From positions 64,001-128,000 of the IMG/VR virus record IMGVR_UViG_3300029288_000065: a stretch of DNA of 64,000 bases. One strand, 5' to 3'. The stretch is from a virus (lineage: Duplodnaviria > Caudoviricetes). A program made the position numbers and the translations under genes. Shown here piece by piece: positions 41,249 to 51,534 of this stretch (its first letter is position 1; each line of letters starts with the position of its first letter). The notes beneath the pieces were generated by a model that saw only the letters and a list, made by a program, of their open reading frames with translations, had not been told where the DNA came from and made no database searches.

Positions 41249-42178
41249 GATAATTGTTGTCAACTCGTTTGCCATATTCTGTGGATTCCAAGCATCATAG
41301 AAAGGCTGAAGTGGTACAAACCCACTGGCAACAATCTCAGGAATCGTTCTATCCTCAATACAAATCGAAGGTTTTGCATTCCAAAGATGCCTAAACATAT
41401 AGGTCTTATTCACGATTATTGGACGCTTTACTGCCAGAGCATAATCAATAGTACTGGAAATACCACGGTGCATTTCGTGGTAAAGGAAGATATTTGCTGT
41501 ATTGGCAGCTAAGAACTGGAGTAATCCCAATGGGGTTAAGAAATCGTGACTTGGGATAATCTTGATCCCAGGTTTCGTGATAACGCTTTGTGATTCTTGA
41601 ATTCTTGCTCTTGCTTCAGCGCCTGTTGGGTCAAAGAACTTACTATATCCAATGTGCATTTTAATTATTGCTTCGTCATATTTTTCTTGAATTTTTTGAA
41701 CTACAATCGGGAATCCTTTATTTTGGAACCCAAATCCAAATGTACCAAATGTTGGGATTGTTGGGATCGGATAAGGATTACCATATTGATAAATTGGTCG
41801 ACTGAATTTGGAGATGTGTGGATTTCCTGCTTGTAGTGTTGGGTCACTGGCAATTAGGTGGTGGAATGCACCAGGCCCTGTAGTTTGAGCGATTTCGTGG
41901 GTTATTTCATGGTAAATCCCGATACAAAGTCGTTTTGTCGCTTTGATTAAGTCAAGTCCGACCCAGGGCATTGTTGTTGGGTGGTAATTAAAAATTATTG
42001 CGTGTGGTTTGATACTTCCTACTGCTCTTAGTACATCTGCTGCTGATGCACAATATGAGATGTGCCAATTATAATGTGATTGTGCTGAGTAGAGGAGATT
42101 ATAGACGTTTACACCGAATTGGTATACTCCGCAGGCACTTTCTGTACTGTTTATTATCAGAACATCTTTTGCGCTCAT
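41234..42178 (-). CDS. GT-B fold glycosyltransferase-like protein
   Basis: Start MSAKD coupled (ATGA) to FkbM stop; CGVYQFG, FGFGFQNKG, GISSTIDYALAVKRPII. Confidence 0.7.
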   Translation of the reverse strand: MSAKDVLIINSTESACGVYQFGVNVYNLLYSAQSHYNWHISYCASAADVLRAVGSIKPHAIIFNYHPTTMPWVGLDLIKATKRLCIGIYHEITHEIAQTTGPGAFHHLIASDPTLQAGNPHISKFSRPIYQYGNPYPIPTIPTFGTFGFGFQNKGFPIVVQKIQEKYDEAIIKMHIGYSKFFDPTGAEARARIQESQSVITKPGIKIIPSHDFLTPLGLLQFLAANTANIFLYHEMHRGISSTIDYALAVKRPIIVNKTYMFRHLWNAKPSICIEDRTIPEIVASGFVPLQPFYDAWNPQNMANELTTIISRFS

Positions 42179-42848
42179 CGTTCTTCCCTCATGTAGAAGT
42201 GGTTGTAGCTGACTGCGTTGACTATTTGGTAACCCATTGCTCCAAGGACTGATGCTTCTTCGGCATTTCTGTTTGCATAGGGGCATTCTATCACGAAGAT
42301 TGATGGATATAATTCTTTTTTGTAAAACCACGTAGTACATCTAGTTCGCCGCCTTCAACGTCAATTGACATAACGTCTATTTTGTTTATTCCTTCAATTT
42401 GCGGGTATTCTTCTGGATGGCTGAAAATGTAATCCAAAGTCCGTACTTTCACTTTGACTATTTGTTTACCTTTGTAGATATTTCCTTTGGCTAGATCAGC
42501 TTCGACGTGAGCGTAGGGTTTTAGTGCTGAGGCAGCTTCCATGGTTACTACGCCACCTTCGAAACCTGCCCAATCTGTTGCTACAAGAATTTGGAAATCG
42601 ACGTTGTCAGCAATGTAATTTGCCAGTGCTACTTCTATTACTTTATTTCCTGCGTCTCTGTGCATTTTTGCAAAATGTGGATTGGCTTCAAAACCTACTG
42701 TGTTCCATCCGTTTTCTTTGAAATGTCTTGATTGTGAGATGAAATCTGGTCTTGCTGCTCCAACTTCAATAAATGTTCCTTTGTATGAGTAATCTGGGAA
42801 ATAAGATCTGATAACTGCGTCCGTTTTAAATTCTCCGTAGAAATTCAT
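42175..42848 (-). CDS. FkbM family methyltransferase, C-terminus in -1 frame
   Basis: FIEVGA, FEANP, RTLD, IDVMSIDVEGGELDVLRG; after A-AAA-AAG (42321-42315) the -1 frame gives ELYPSIFVIEC...MGYQIV...YNHFY, a typical FkbM ending. Confidence 0.8.
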
Positions 42849-42921
42849 TATGTCCTCCTAAGTGTATTTACTATTTATTTTTTAATGAAATTTACGTATT
42901 TTACTTCCAAAGGAGATAATC

Positions 42922-43194
42922 ATGTCAAAACCAGTTTGTGGTGATCCAAAAGAGGATGAGAAAGCTGAAAAGGCATTCAAAGCAATCTTTGATACTTTCT
43001 ATGCTGGTGGTCAATTCAAGACTAGTACTCTAAGAAACTTAACTATCGAGAACTTGAAGATCATGAGAAATATTTCTCGTGATTTTGCACGTGCCGAAGA
43101 ATATATTGTTGTTAGACTAGAACAATCTGACGGAGCTCAAAAAGCCCAAATAAATAGTTTGGAGAAGCGTGTTACGGAGTTGGAAAAGGTTTAA
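42922..43194 (+). CDS. Hypothetical protein
   Basis: AAGGAG SD, C-terminal coiled coil. Confidence 0.55.
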   Translation: MSKPVCGDPKEDEKAEKAFKAIFDTFYAGGQFKTSTLRNLTIENLKIMRNISRDFARAEEYIVVRLEQSDGAQKAQINSLEKRVTELEKV

Positions 43195-43195
43195 C

Positions 43196-43483
43196 ATGCA
43201 ATTTAAAGATGAATTGCGATCTCTTTTAAATAAGTATTCCAAAGAGAATGGATCTAACACACCAGATTGGATATTAGCAGAATATATTGAAGGATGTTTG
43301 GAAGTATTCGATAAGACTCAACAAAAGAGAGCTACATGGTACAATTCATGGTTTAAGAACGAAATATTAGATAGAAGTGGAAAAATACATGGGGTAGATG
43401 AATCGAATGATAACACAAATGGTGTGTTCCCATCTTCCACCGACACGAGAACGATTGATAGAAATCAATACAGTCCTATATAA
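43196..43483 (+). CDS. Phage hypothetical protein
   Basis: LLNKYSxEN.SNTPDxILAxY...CL motif. Confidence 0.55.
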   Translation: MQFKDELRSLLNKYSKENGSNTPDWILAEYIEGCLEVFDKTQQKRATWYNSWFKNEILDRSGKIHGVDESNDNTNGVFPSSTDTRTIDRNQYSPI

Positions 43484-44114
43484 TAATATAAATAATAAAT
43501 TTATTGCCAAAATATGTTTATTTGTTGAAGACATAAACCTCCAAAATAGCTCCTGGCCAGAAGCAGAACAAACCAGAAAACTTTGGACAAATCCAAAGAT
43601 CGAAGTAATAAGAACATTCAAAAGACAGACATATCAAGAATTATTTGATTTTGCCAATCATAATATTACTGGCATAACAATGATATCAAATTGTGATATA
43701 TATTATGATAATACACTTGAAAAATTGAATCAGGTTGATTTTTCTAAGTTTGCAGTTTGTCTAAGTAAAATAGAGATAATCGATAAGTTTGGGAAATTGT
43801 TTCGTCTAACACCTGAGATGTGTGGTTTTTCACAGGATACTTGGATTTTTAAGACTCCGATCAAGAAGATGAAGAATGCCAATTTTCATATGGGTGTCCA
43901 AAGATGTGATAATCGCATCTCTTTTGAATTTAAGGAAATAGGATTAATGCCAATTAATCCTGCCAATGATATAAATTCTTATCATTGGCATTTGTCCGCT
44001 GTTAGGACTTACAGGAAGGATATTGACTGTGTTCCTGGTCATGTTTGGATGCTTAGGCCACCTTATGACTTAACTGCGAAGCCAGAATTGATACCAGAAA
44101 AGTACGACGCTTAA
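43407..44114 (+). CDS. GT-A-like glycosyltransferase-related protein, paralogue of 48897 ORF
   Basis: NCDIYYD, SQDTWI, GxxxCDNR shared with 48897 ORF. Confidence 0.65.
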   Translation: MITQMVCSHLPPTRERLIEINTVLYNNINNKFIAKICLFVEDINLQNSSWPEAEQTRKLWTNPKIEVIRTFKRQTYQELFDFANHNITGITMISNCDIYYDNTLEKLNQVDFSKFAVCLSKIEIIDKFGKLFRLTPEMCGFSQDTWIFKTPIKKMKNANFHMGVQRCDNRISFEFKEIGLMPINPANDINSYHWHLSAVRTYRKDIDCVPGHVWMLRPPYDLTAKPELIPEKYDA

Positions 44115-44124
44115 GGAGAAGAAC

Positions 44125-44601
44125 ATGAAGAGTAATAATGTAATTATTGGTTCGTTGGTTGCGTTTAATGTTTTCGTCTTTGTAATAGCACCAATTACAG
44201 GATGCTCTTCAGGAGATCCGGAGAAGGACAAGCTTAGGAATGATTGTGCCCAATTTCAAAGAGAAATAACCAAGCTGAATGGTTTACTGTCGGCTGAGAA
44301 GACTCCGCAGGTAGAAATGGTGGAGAGGATGGAGAAATTAAATATCCAACACAGGCAGAATCTAGAGAAGTTGAATAATCAACACAAGCAGGAATTGGAT
44401 AAACTTCAAGGAAAAATTGTTCAAATGACAAAGGAGATGAAGGAGAAAGAGATTTATGTTCCGCTGGCTGGTCTGGCGGCAGAATTGAAGGAAATTCGAG
44501 CTGAAAATCAGGCTCAGGCAGCAAACATTCAGAAACTTTTTCAACTTTGTGATAATTTGGAGAAAACCAAGTCTGAGAGAGGTCATTACAAGGGTGATTA
44601 A
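44125..44601 (+). CDS. Putative lipoprotein/membrane-anchored coiled-coil protein
   Basis: Hydrophobic N-terminus ending ITGC; long coiled coil. Confidence 0.5.
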   Translation: MKSNNVIIGSLVAFNVFVFVIAPITGCSSGDPEKDKLRNDCAQFQREITKLNGLLSAEKTPQVEMVERMEKLNIQHRQNLEKLNNQHKQELDKLQGKIVQMTKEMKEKEIYVPLAGLAAELKEIRAENQAQAANIQKLFQLCDNLEKTKSERGHYKGD

Positions 44602-44693
44602 CAGTGAAAGGGTTATGGATAAAAATCCGATGTTTGTTTGGATACCATGAATATGTTCGTGGATTGGGATTATGTCGACATTGTTGGAAGAGA

Positions 44694-45482
44694 CTATAGA
44701 GGAATTAGAAAGTTCGATAAATAAACCCAATTTGGAACTATGTCATAATTTTCCTGACCTATAAAATGCTTTACACATTCGGGATGCGACCCATAAAAAT
44801 TAGGATGTTGCTTGCACCAATTTATAGCATTAAGTCGTTGTTCAGGTGTTTGAGCATGTCCCAAATATAGTTTAAAGTGATTTACAGATTTCGCAGCGAC
44901 CTGATTACAAAAACAATAACTGTATCTGTGTATAGTGCCACCCTCCAGAGGCCATATAGCAAAATTGTTGCCAGGAGGAACCCAACAACCATCACCGTGA
45001 TCAAGCCCTTTTTGTTCTCTTGAATAGATTCTAGGAGCTTCCCCATAACCATACCCCTGACCACCGTCAAAATTGAAATTTCCCCAGAAATGCCTGAACT
45101 TAAATGCAAGAGGACGAGCACCTATTAAAATATTTGGATAACAATCTTCACATAAAATCTCATTCGCCTGAAGATTTAGAACAAAGGGGGTGGAACATTG
45201 ACTGAGTAATTCTTGGGTAGCAAGACCAATTGCCGTACCACCAGTTTCAGGCTGCCACCTTCCTTTTACAAAAGTAATTGGGGCATATTTTGATAGAGTT
45301 TTAAACACTTCCATTGTTGAGTCGGTACACCCGTAGTCACCAACCAGAAAATTGCAACCAAGCGGCATTGCAGACACGAATGATTCAATAAATGGGTAAA
45401 AAAGTGAGACCAGATTATGAGCAACAATTATAATGGTTAGATTTTTGTTTTCTTTGGATTGTGTCCATTTTATTTTGTGCAT
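44694..45482 (-). CDS. GT2-like glycosyltransferase
   Basis: LTIII...GDYGCTDST...LQANEIL. Confidence 0.65.
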   Translation of the reverse strand: MHKIKWTQSKENKNLTIIIVAHNLVSLFYPFIESFVSAMPLGCNFLVGDYGCTDSTMEVFKTLSKYAPITFVKGRWQPETGGTAIGLATQELLSQCSTPFVLNLQANEILCEDCYPNILIGARPLAFKFRHFWGNFNFDGGQGYGYGEAPRIYSREQKGLDHGDGCWVPPGNNFAIWPLEGGTIHRYSYCFCNQVAAKSVNHFKLYLGHAQTPEQRLNAINWCKQHPNFYGSHPECVKHFIGQENYDIVPNWVYLSNFLIPL

Positions 45483-46255
45483 AATTTCTCTCTTAGAGTA
45501 GCTGCCAGCTGGTCGTAATTCTGTACAACCAAAGCTGCATTATCCCAGATCTTATATGGATAATTAAATCCAAAAAAGATCCTCAACTTTCCTAAATTAT
45601 GTTTTGTGTAAGTACAGGCATTTACACCACTTGCTTGGGTAATAAAGGCGACGCATTTATTGCTCAAGTCCGATAATTGTAATAGATTAAATTTTGAACC
45701 ATCGTGAACGTTTCTCATTGAAACGCCTGGAAGATGTGAACATAAGTATTGAAATTGTGGAAATTCAGTAGCTAATTTTCCAATATAGTATCCTATTCCA
45801 TGATTACATTGGCCAGACCAAGCTGGACCATTCTCAACAAGTATAGTATTTGGAGCAAGTTGTAATCCAAGATCTCGTAGATTTAATACGGCTTCCTCTG
45901 GTTTTGTTGGAAGGTCTAGAAAGTTGTGTGTGTTATGATAATGCATTTGTCGATTTATTGTGTGGATTTGGTTGGTTGGAGATAATCCATAATACCCAAG
46001 TATGTCCGAGAATGTTCCAAACCAGGTTTGGAAGAATTCATAACCAGGTGGGCATTGTGGTGTTGGATTTAATAAACTATAATCTTGTTGAGCTTCGAAA
46101 ATTTTTAACCCATAATCTGCCCAGAGATATTGCATTGGGGCTCGACATTGAAGTAACATTTCTGCGTGTGGATATTTTCTTCTAAACGCATCAATTATAA
46201 CTCTGGTTAAGAGTACATCTCCGTAGTGTAGACTATTATTTATGAAGATTTTCAT
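45470..46255 (-). CDS. GT9-like glycosyltransferase
   Basis: HYGDVLLTR...YP; FITQASG. Confidence 0.6.
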   Translation of the reverse strand: MKIFINNSLHYGDVLLTRVIIDAFRRKYPHAEMLLQCRAPMQYLWADYGLKIFEAQQDYSLLNPTPQCPPGYEFFQTWFGTFSDILGYYGLSPTNQIHTINRQMHYHNTHNFLDLPTKPEEAVLNLRDLGLQLAPNTILVENGPAWSGQCNHGIGYYIGKLATEFPQFQYLCSHLPGVSMRNVHDGSKFNLLQLSDLSNKCVAFITQASGVNACTYTKHNLGKLRIFFGFNYPYKIWDNAALVVQNYDQLAATLREKLCTK

Positions 46256-46283
46256 CGGTGTTCCTCTCTGGATATATATTTTT

Positions 46284-47129
46284 ATGCAGATCCTTTGTTT
46301 CGGTCACCATGGTCAAACAGGATATTACTTGGAGAAACATTGTCAAACTCTTGGCCACAAATTCTTCGGAGCATCAAGAAGAGATGGCCATTTCCGTGGT
46401 GATATAAAAGACCCAGTTTTTGTCGCTGAGGTAATCTTAAAATCAAAACCAAACATTATCTTTAACCTGGCAGCCAGAAGTTCTATACAACATAAGTATA
46501 TTCAAGAATATTACGACACGATTGTAATGGGAAACCTAAATATTTTATCCAGTGTTTACGAATATGACCCAAACATAAAAGTTTTTGTTACTGGTAGTGG
46601 GTTACAATTCAAGAATGAAGATAAACCAATCTCAGCAAATGATCCTTTCGATGCCAGAGATGCTTATTCAGCAGCCCGTATAGCGGCTGCTTACCAAGCC
46701 AGATACTTTAGAAAGCAAGGATTGAAAATATACATTGGTTATCTTTTCCATCACGAGAGTAAGTTCAGAAATGATTCTTGTATTAGTAAGAGAATATTAC
46801 ATGCAGCTCAGAAAGGTGAGAAATTGGGTATTGGTGATATAAATGCCGCAAAGGAATGGGGATTTGCTGGAGATATTGCCAAAGGTATTTGGACGTTGGT
46901 AAATCAGGACGAAATCTTTGAAGCAACTATAGGAACTGGTGTCGCTCATCAAATAAGAGAATGGTTTGATGTGTGTTATAGTCATTTTGGACTTGACTGG
47001 CAGAAGTATCATGAACAAATTGCTTTTAATCGGGATTTTAAAATTCTTGTTTCAGATCCAACTATAATGAAGTCACTTGGTTGGTCATGTGAATCAAATT
47101 TAAAACGTCTTCTTGGTCAGATGATTTAG
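46284..47129 (+). CDS. Gmd-related NDP-sugar SDR (dehydratase/reductase)
   Basis: GHHGQTG, FNLAARSS, Y.AAR, LFHHES.FR, KEWGFAGD. Confidence 0.75.
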   Translation: MQILCFGHHGQTGYYLEKHCQTLGHKFFGASRRDGHFRGDIKDPVFVAEVILKSKPNIIFNLAARSSIQHKYIQEYYDTIVMGNLNILSSVYEYDPNIKVFVTGSGLQFKNEDKPISANDPFDARDAYSAARIAAAYQARYFRKQGLKIYIGYLFHHESKFRNDSCISKRILHAAQKGEKLGIGDINAAKEWGFAGDIAKGIWTLVNQDEIFEATIGTGVAHQIREWFDVCYSHFGLDWQKYHEQIAFNRDFKILVSDPTIMKSLGWSCESNLKRLLGQMI

Positions 47130-47136
47130 GAGAATC

Positions 47137-47898
47137 ATGACTGAATTTGAAAAAATTCTAGATGAGAAATTATTTTACCAGGATGATATAGGTAATTTAA
47201 ATAAAATTCTTGATACAAACATTTTTGTTATTTCATTACCAAAATGTGGTACTACATCTATCCGTGAAGGATTTAAAAATCTAAACTTTAGGGTTATTCA
47301 TTGCCATATCAATAGTTCAACATTTAATAATATCTCCAATGGAGACATTTTAAAGGAAAATAATTGGGGTATGGAACATTTTGTAAAGTATAGATTAGAA
47401 TCGAAACCAGATGAAATTACAATATTTTCAGGTTTTAGAGATCCAGTAACATGGTATATGAGTATGGCTTTCTTCTGTAATAACATCCCACAAGATTCAC
47501 ATAACTTTTTGAAAAACTTATATTCTGAACCACCATGGTCAACGTATAATTTTAGAGAACATTTTGATTTAATAAAGAATATTACTGGAATTAACATATT
47601 TGAATATGAGTTTGATAGAGAATCTGGTTTTTTAATTTTAAAGAAAGATAGAATTAATCTTATAATATATAGATTTGATAAGTTAAAATCTTTGGAAACT
47701 TATATAAAAACATTATTCCCAGATTTCAATTTACCACTTTGTCGATTTACAATAGACCCAAGATATAAAGAATTCAAGAATAATTTCAAAGTCAGCATCC
47801 CTGATTTTGAGAAATTAGATAATGACCCTTATACAAAGTATTTCTTTGGAAATACTTTCAGAGAAAAGATTTCTGAATTTATCTCATCTCCCGTTTAG
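47137..47898 (+). CDS. Sulfotransferase-fold/capsular polysaccharide synthesis protein
   Basis: [10 protein letters not shown]-loop and RDP motif. Confidence 0.6.
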   Translation: MTEFEKILDEKLFYQDDIGNLNKILDTNIFVISLPKCGTTSIREGFKNLNFRVIHCHINSSTFNNISNGDILKENNWGMEHFVKYRLESKPDEITIFSGFRDPVTWYMSMAFFCNNIPQDSHNFLKNLYSEPPWSTYNFREHFDLIKNITGINIFEYEFDRESGFLILKKDRINLIIYRFDKLKSLETYIKTLFPDFNLPLCRFTIDPRYKEFKNNFKVSIPDFEKLDNDPYTKYFFGNTFREKISEFISSPV

Positions 47899-48853
47899 CA
47901 AGTTTTAAATCAAAATCAACCATCCTGGAAACCAACTTCTTAAAACTAATTTTTGGAACCCAACCCAGTTGTTCTTTGGCCTTTGTTGGATTCCCCATTA
48001 AAAGATCAACTTCAGTCGGACGTTTATACTTCTCATCAATAACAACAAATTTCTGCCAATCAAGATTTAAATAATTAAAAGTCTCAGTAAGAAAATCTCT
48101 TATTGAATGTGTCTCGCCCGTTGCAACAACATAATCATCTGGGTGATCATGCTGGAGCATCATCCACATAGCTCTTACATAATCTTCAGAATCACCCCAG
48201 TCACGTTTTGCATCCAAATTACCCAAACGAAGATCTTTCTGTTGTCCTAAAAGTATTCGAGTAGCTGCTCTAGTAATCTTCCTAGTTACAAAAGTTTCAC
48301 CACGATATATTCCCTCATGGTTAAACAATATTCCATTACAGGCGAATAAATTATAAGCTTCACGATAATTAACTGTTAGATAAAAACCTGCGACCTTGGC
48401 ACAAGCATATGGACTCCGTGGGTAAAATGGGGTCTTCTCAGTCTGTGGTGTTTCTACAACTTTTCCAAACATCTCTGAACTTGCTGCATTATAAAATTTA
48501 ACAGGTTTGACTTTGTTCAATCTCCTAACTGCTTCAAGGAGTCGTAAGGTCCCTGTTGCAACTATATCAAAGGTATATTCTGGTATCTCGAACGATACTT
48601 TCACATGAGATTGAGCACCGAGATGGTACACCTCATCGGGTAATACATTAATTAAGATATCATTTAGACTATTTGAATCATGGAGATCTCCATAATGGAG
48701 GTGTAATTTATCGAAAATCTCATCAATTCTTGCTGTATTGAATGAAGAAGATCTTCGAATTATTCCATGAACTTCATATCCTTTCTCAAGAAGTAGTCTA
48801 CAAAGATTGGCCCCGTCTTGTCCTGTTATTCCTGTAATTAGTGCTATTGGCAT
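47879..48853 (-). CDS. gmd: GDP-mannose 4,6-dehydratase
   Basis: [61 protein letters not shown]. Confidence 0.96.
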   Translation of the reverse strand: MPIALITGITGQDGANLCRLLLEKGYEVHGIIRRSSSFNTARIDEIFDKLHLHYGDLHDSNSLNDILINVLPDEVYHLGAQSHVKVSFEIPEYTFDIVATGTLRLLEAVRRLNKVKPVKFYNAASSEMFGKVVETPQTEKTPFYPRSPYACAKVAGFYLTVNYREAYNLFACNGILFNHEGIYRGETFVTRKITRAATRILLGQQKDLRLGNLDAKRDWGDSEDYVRAMWMMLQHDHPDDYVVATGETHSIRDFLTETFNYLNLDWQKFVVIDEKYKRPTEVDLLMGNPTKAKEQLGWVPKISFKKLVSRMVDFDLKLAKREMR

Positions 48854-48896
48854 TGTTGCTCCTTTATTATTATATTTATCAAAAAATATATATTGT

Positions 48897-49547
48897 ATGA
48901 TACTTCTAGTTGGCGGGCACATTCCAAAATCCCAAGATCGACAAAAAGAATATGAATACTGCCTCTGGAAAAACCTTGAAAATCCAATAATTCAGAAAAT
49001 ATATCTATTCGTTGAAGATACCATTGAAGACTACATTAAACAGACCAACCCAGAATTACTTAAATGTGAAAAATTAAAAATCATAAAACATGGGAAGAGA
49101 GTCACTTTCCTGGATTTCTTTACATTTGCAAATACTGAGTTCGAAGTCGGGACATTGGTATCAATATGCAATGCTGATATATTCCTCGATACCACATTGA
49201 GTAACTTATCAGGATTTGACATGACTGGGGTATTTATAGTCTTAAGTAGAGCTTTTGATGTAACAGGTGGCCCCATAGTAGAATGTGATCCACAAAGATG
49301 GTGTGATTCCCAAGATACTTGGATTATAAAAGTACCGTGTACCATTACAAATTGTAATTTTGGTTTGGGAATCCGTGGGTGCGATAATAGAATGATTACT
49401 GAAGCTAGGCTAGCTGGTTACAGAGTTATTGATCCAGTTACAGTAGTTAAGAGTTACCATGTCCATGCTAGTCAATATAGAACATATGATAGTATTGAGC
49501 CAATTCCAGGGCCTTATCAGCATTGTTTTGATTATATTCTAAAATAA
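48897..49547 (+). CDS. GT-A-like glycosyltransferase-related protein
   Basis: NADIFLD, SQDTWI, GCDNR. Confidence 0.65.
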   Translation: MILLVGGHIPKSQDRQKEYEYCLWKNLENPIIQKIYLFVEDTIEDYIKQTNPELLKCEKLKIIKHGKRVTFLDFFTFANTEFEVGTLVSICNADIFLDTTLSNLSGFDMTGVFIVLSRAFDVTGGPIVECDPQRWCDSQDTWIIKVPCTITNCNFGLGIRGCDNRMITEARLAGYRVIDPVTVVKSYHVHASQYRTYDSIEPIPGPYQHCFDYILK

Positions 49548-49567
49548 AAGATATCTTGAGGTGGAAA

Positions 49568-50560
49568 ATGGGTCTTTCTTGTGCACGACCAGGCGACTTT
49601 GATGGAAATCCTTACGAAACCGTAGGAGCAAACACATTATTTTGGAAACCAGGACATACACAACTGGTTTGTACATGGAGTATTTCAGCGGCATTGAAAG
49701 ACAAAACCTATAAATGGTTGTTTTATGTTGATGGAGTGGTTATTGATCGTAATGCCACTTCTCCAAAAGTCCTAACAGTAGTCCAAAATTACATTCCAAA
49801 GATTACTGCGGTAGCCATTCCTCCAGCAGTTGATTACGATAATGCCTATGATCCTCTTTGTGGTGGCCAGGAAGCCAATATCTTAACCTTTTGGGATTCC
49901 GGTTTGATAAACAATCCTTGTAATGCGATTTTGTCACCTTTGGATTGTAAAATAAAAGTCTACTTCAGGCGTTCTGCTTATTACTATTATCATCTCATTA
50001 TAAATGATGTTTTGGTTGATACAGATTCTCATTCTGGGGATGAATATAATTTTGGTACTGGTGTCTGTAGTGCTTTCCCGACAATTATTTTGGTCCCATT
50101 ACCAGCCAAGTCATCTGATATGTTGTCGTGGGGTGTAGAGTTTTGGAATTTATATGAGAATCGGATTTGTCCTGATGTGTTACTTCCCGAGTATGGGTAT
50201 GTTGCTCAGGAGTTTCCTTTGCAGGAGCAGGTTCTGGATAAAGTTAAGAAGAATTATATTAGTGTTTCAGATAAGCAGAGAGGTTTGACTGTTCCTCAGT
50301 CTGGTGAGAATATTACTGTTGCTCCGAGGCAGGCGTTGGTCAATGGTGTAGTTGTTACGAAGCCAGCTACGAAGAAAATGTGTAAGGGTGCTCAAGATTA
50401 TAGGTATGCTACTCAATTTGATAAGACCAAGTTTTACTCAATTTATGATATTACAAAGTTTACTGACCATATTCCGTGTGAGACTAAGGATTTGGCAAAG
50501 GGTACTGCTACGCAAATAAATACTCTTGATGAGACAATTCCAACCGATTTGGTGGAATAG
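49568..50560 (+). CDS. Putative virion protein
   Basis: Beta-rich, Cys-containing; AAAGATA motif and SD upstream. Confidence 0.5.
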   Translation: MGLSCARPGDFDGNPYETVGANTLFWKPGHTQLVCTWSISAALKDKTYKWLFYVDGVVIDRNATSPKVLTVVQNYIPKITAVAIPPAVDYDNAYDPLCGGQEANILTFWDSGLINNPCNAILSPLDCKIKVYFRRSAYYYYHLIINDVLVDTDSHSGDEYNFGTGVCSAFPTIILVPLPAKSSDMLSWGVEFWNLYENRICPDVLLPEYGYVAQEFPLQEQVLDKVKKNYISVSDKQRGLTVPQSGENITVAPRQALVNGVVVTKPATKKMCKGAQDYRYATQFDKTKFYSIYDITKFTDHIPCETKDLAKGTATQINTLDETIPTDLVE

Positions 50561-50562
50561 TC

Positions 50563-50814
50563 ATGCATGTTGTTGAGATAAAGAACCTTGGCCAAAAGTC
50601 AGTCTCGATTTTAATTTATGAACGTCCAAAGAGTCCAATTTTCCCTGGATATGGTCTAGTGAAGTTATCCAGAATGGGGTCTATTGTTGTTGAGTATGAT
50701 AGGGTTGATCTTGAGATATTATTAAAGAAAAAGAATATCCGGATTTGGCACTCAACCAGGTATGTTCCGCCTGCTGGTAGGGAATTGTACGTAACTAGTA
50801 GCAAAAATACCTAG
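50563..50814 (+). CDS. Small protein, paralogue of 372..653
   Basis: KNLGQKSV...SPIFPGYG...EYDRVD. Confidence 0.55.
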   Translation: MHVVEIKNLGQKSVSILIYERPKSPIFPGYGLVKLSRMGSIVVEYDRVDLEILLKKKNIRIWHSTRYVPPAGRELYVTSSKNT

Positions 50815-50823
50815 GAGGCTTCC

Positions 50824-51525
50824 ATGACCATAAATGAGAAGTTGGATAGAATATTCACAGAAGAAGATCAAATAGACTTGGGAGGGATATTACCAGGAAT
50901 GAAGAAAAAAGGACCACCTCCTGTTGAAGAAGAAGAACCTCTGGACCCAAATCTCCCATCAAAAAATCAAGCCTCAGGAGATATCTCAACTTCAACCGCC
51001 CCAGAACCAGAAGCATTCCCAGAACTTGGTGACTCAACATTAGATAAACCAGAACAGGTACCACCATTGGCTGCAGATGAACCAGAAGCTGACGTAGCAG
51101 CACAGACCCCAGAAAAATTGGAATATTCCAAAGTAGCAGAAGCACTAACAACTGTAAATTCACAATTAAAATCAATGTTTGGTGAAGTAAAGGAAAATGA
51201 CGTCGTTGATGATAATACTGTAATTCCAGAATGGACTCAGCTTGGTTCAAAGCTTGGGATTGATGATGAGAGAGTTACCCAAGCATATCCTACAATTGGT
51301 GAACAATGGAATGCGTTGGGTGCTTTTGGCAAGCAATTTTTAATTTCTTTGAATGTTTTGGCGTCGAATGCTGGGAAAATTATTAGTGGTGGTATTAAGG
51401 GTCCTCCTGAACCTGAATCAACTCCCGAAGCTGTACCAGGAGCTGAAGAAGAGATTACGCCTGAGGATTTACCAAAGCCAAAGGGCTTGCAGCTTCCACA
51501 GCTTCCGCCTTTGACATTGAAATAG
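50824..51525 (+). CDS. Acidic Pro/Glu-rich putative head-associated protein
   Basis: N-terminal INEKLDRIFTEE. Confidence 0.55.
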   Translation: MTINEKLDRIFTEEDQIDLGGILPGMKKKGPPPVEEEEPLDPNLPSKNQASGDISTSTAPEPEAFPELGDSTLDKPEQVPPLAADEPEADVAAQTPEKLEYSKVAEALTTVNSQLKSMFGEVKENDVVDDNTVIPEWTQLGSKLGIDDERVTQAYPTIGEQWNALGAFGKQFLISLNVLASNAGKIISGGIKGPPEPESTPEAVPGAEEEITPEDLPKPKGLQLPQLPPLTLK

Positions 51526-51534
51526 GAGTAATTT

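Noticed and set aside
41234-42340. 368-aa ORF as given in the track
   Set aside because: The first 54 codons overlap the FkbM C-terminus in another frame; the real start is ATG 42178
35781-49547. Cellular O-antigen/capsule locus
   Set aside because: Mixed orientations, interspersed phage-type ORFs, flanking virion genes and no flippase, polymerase or export genes
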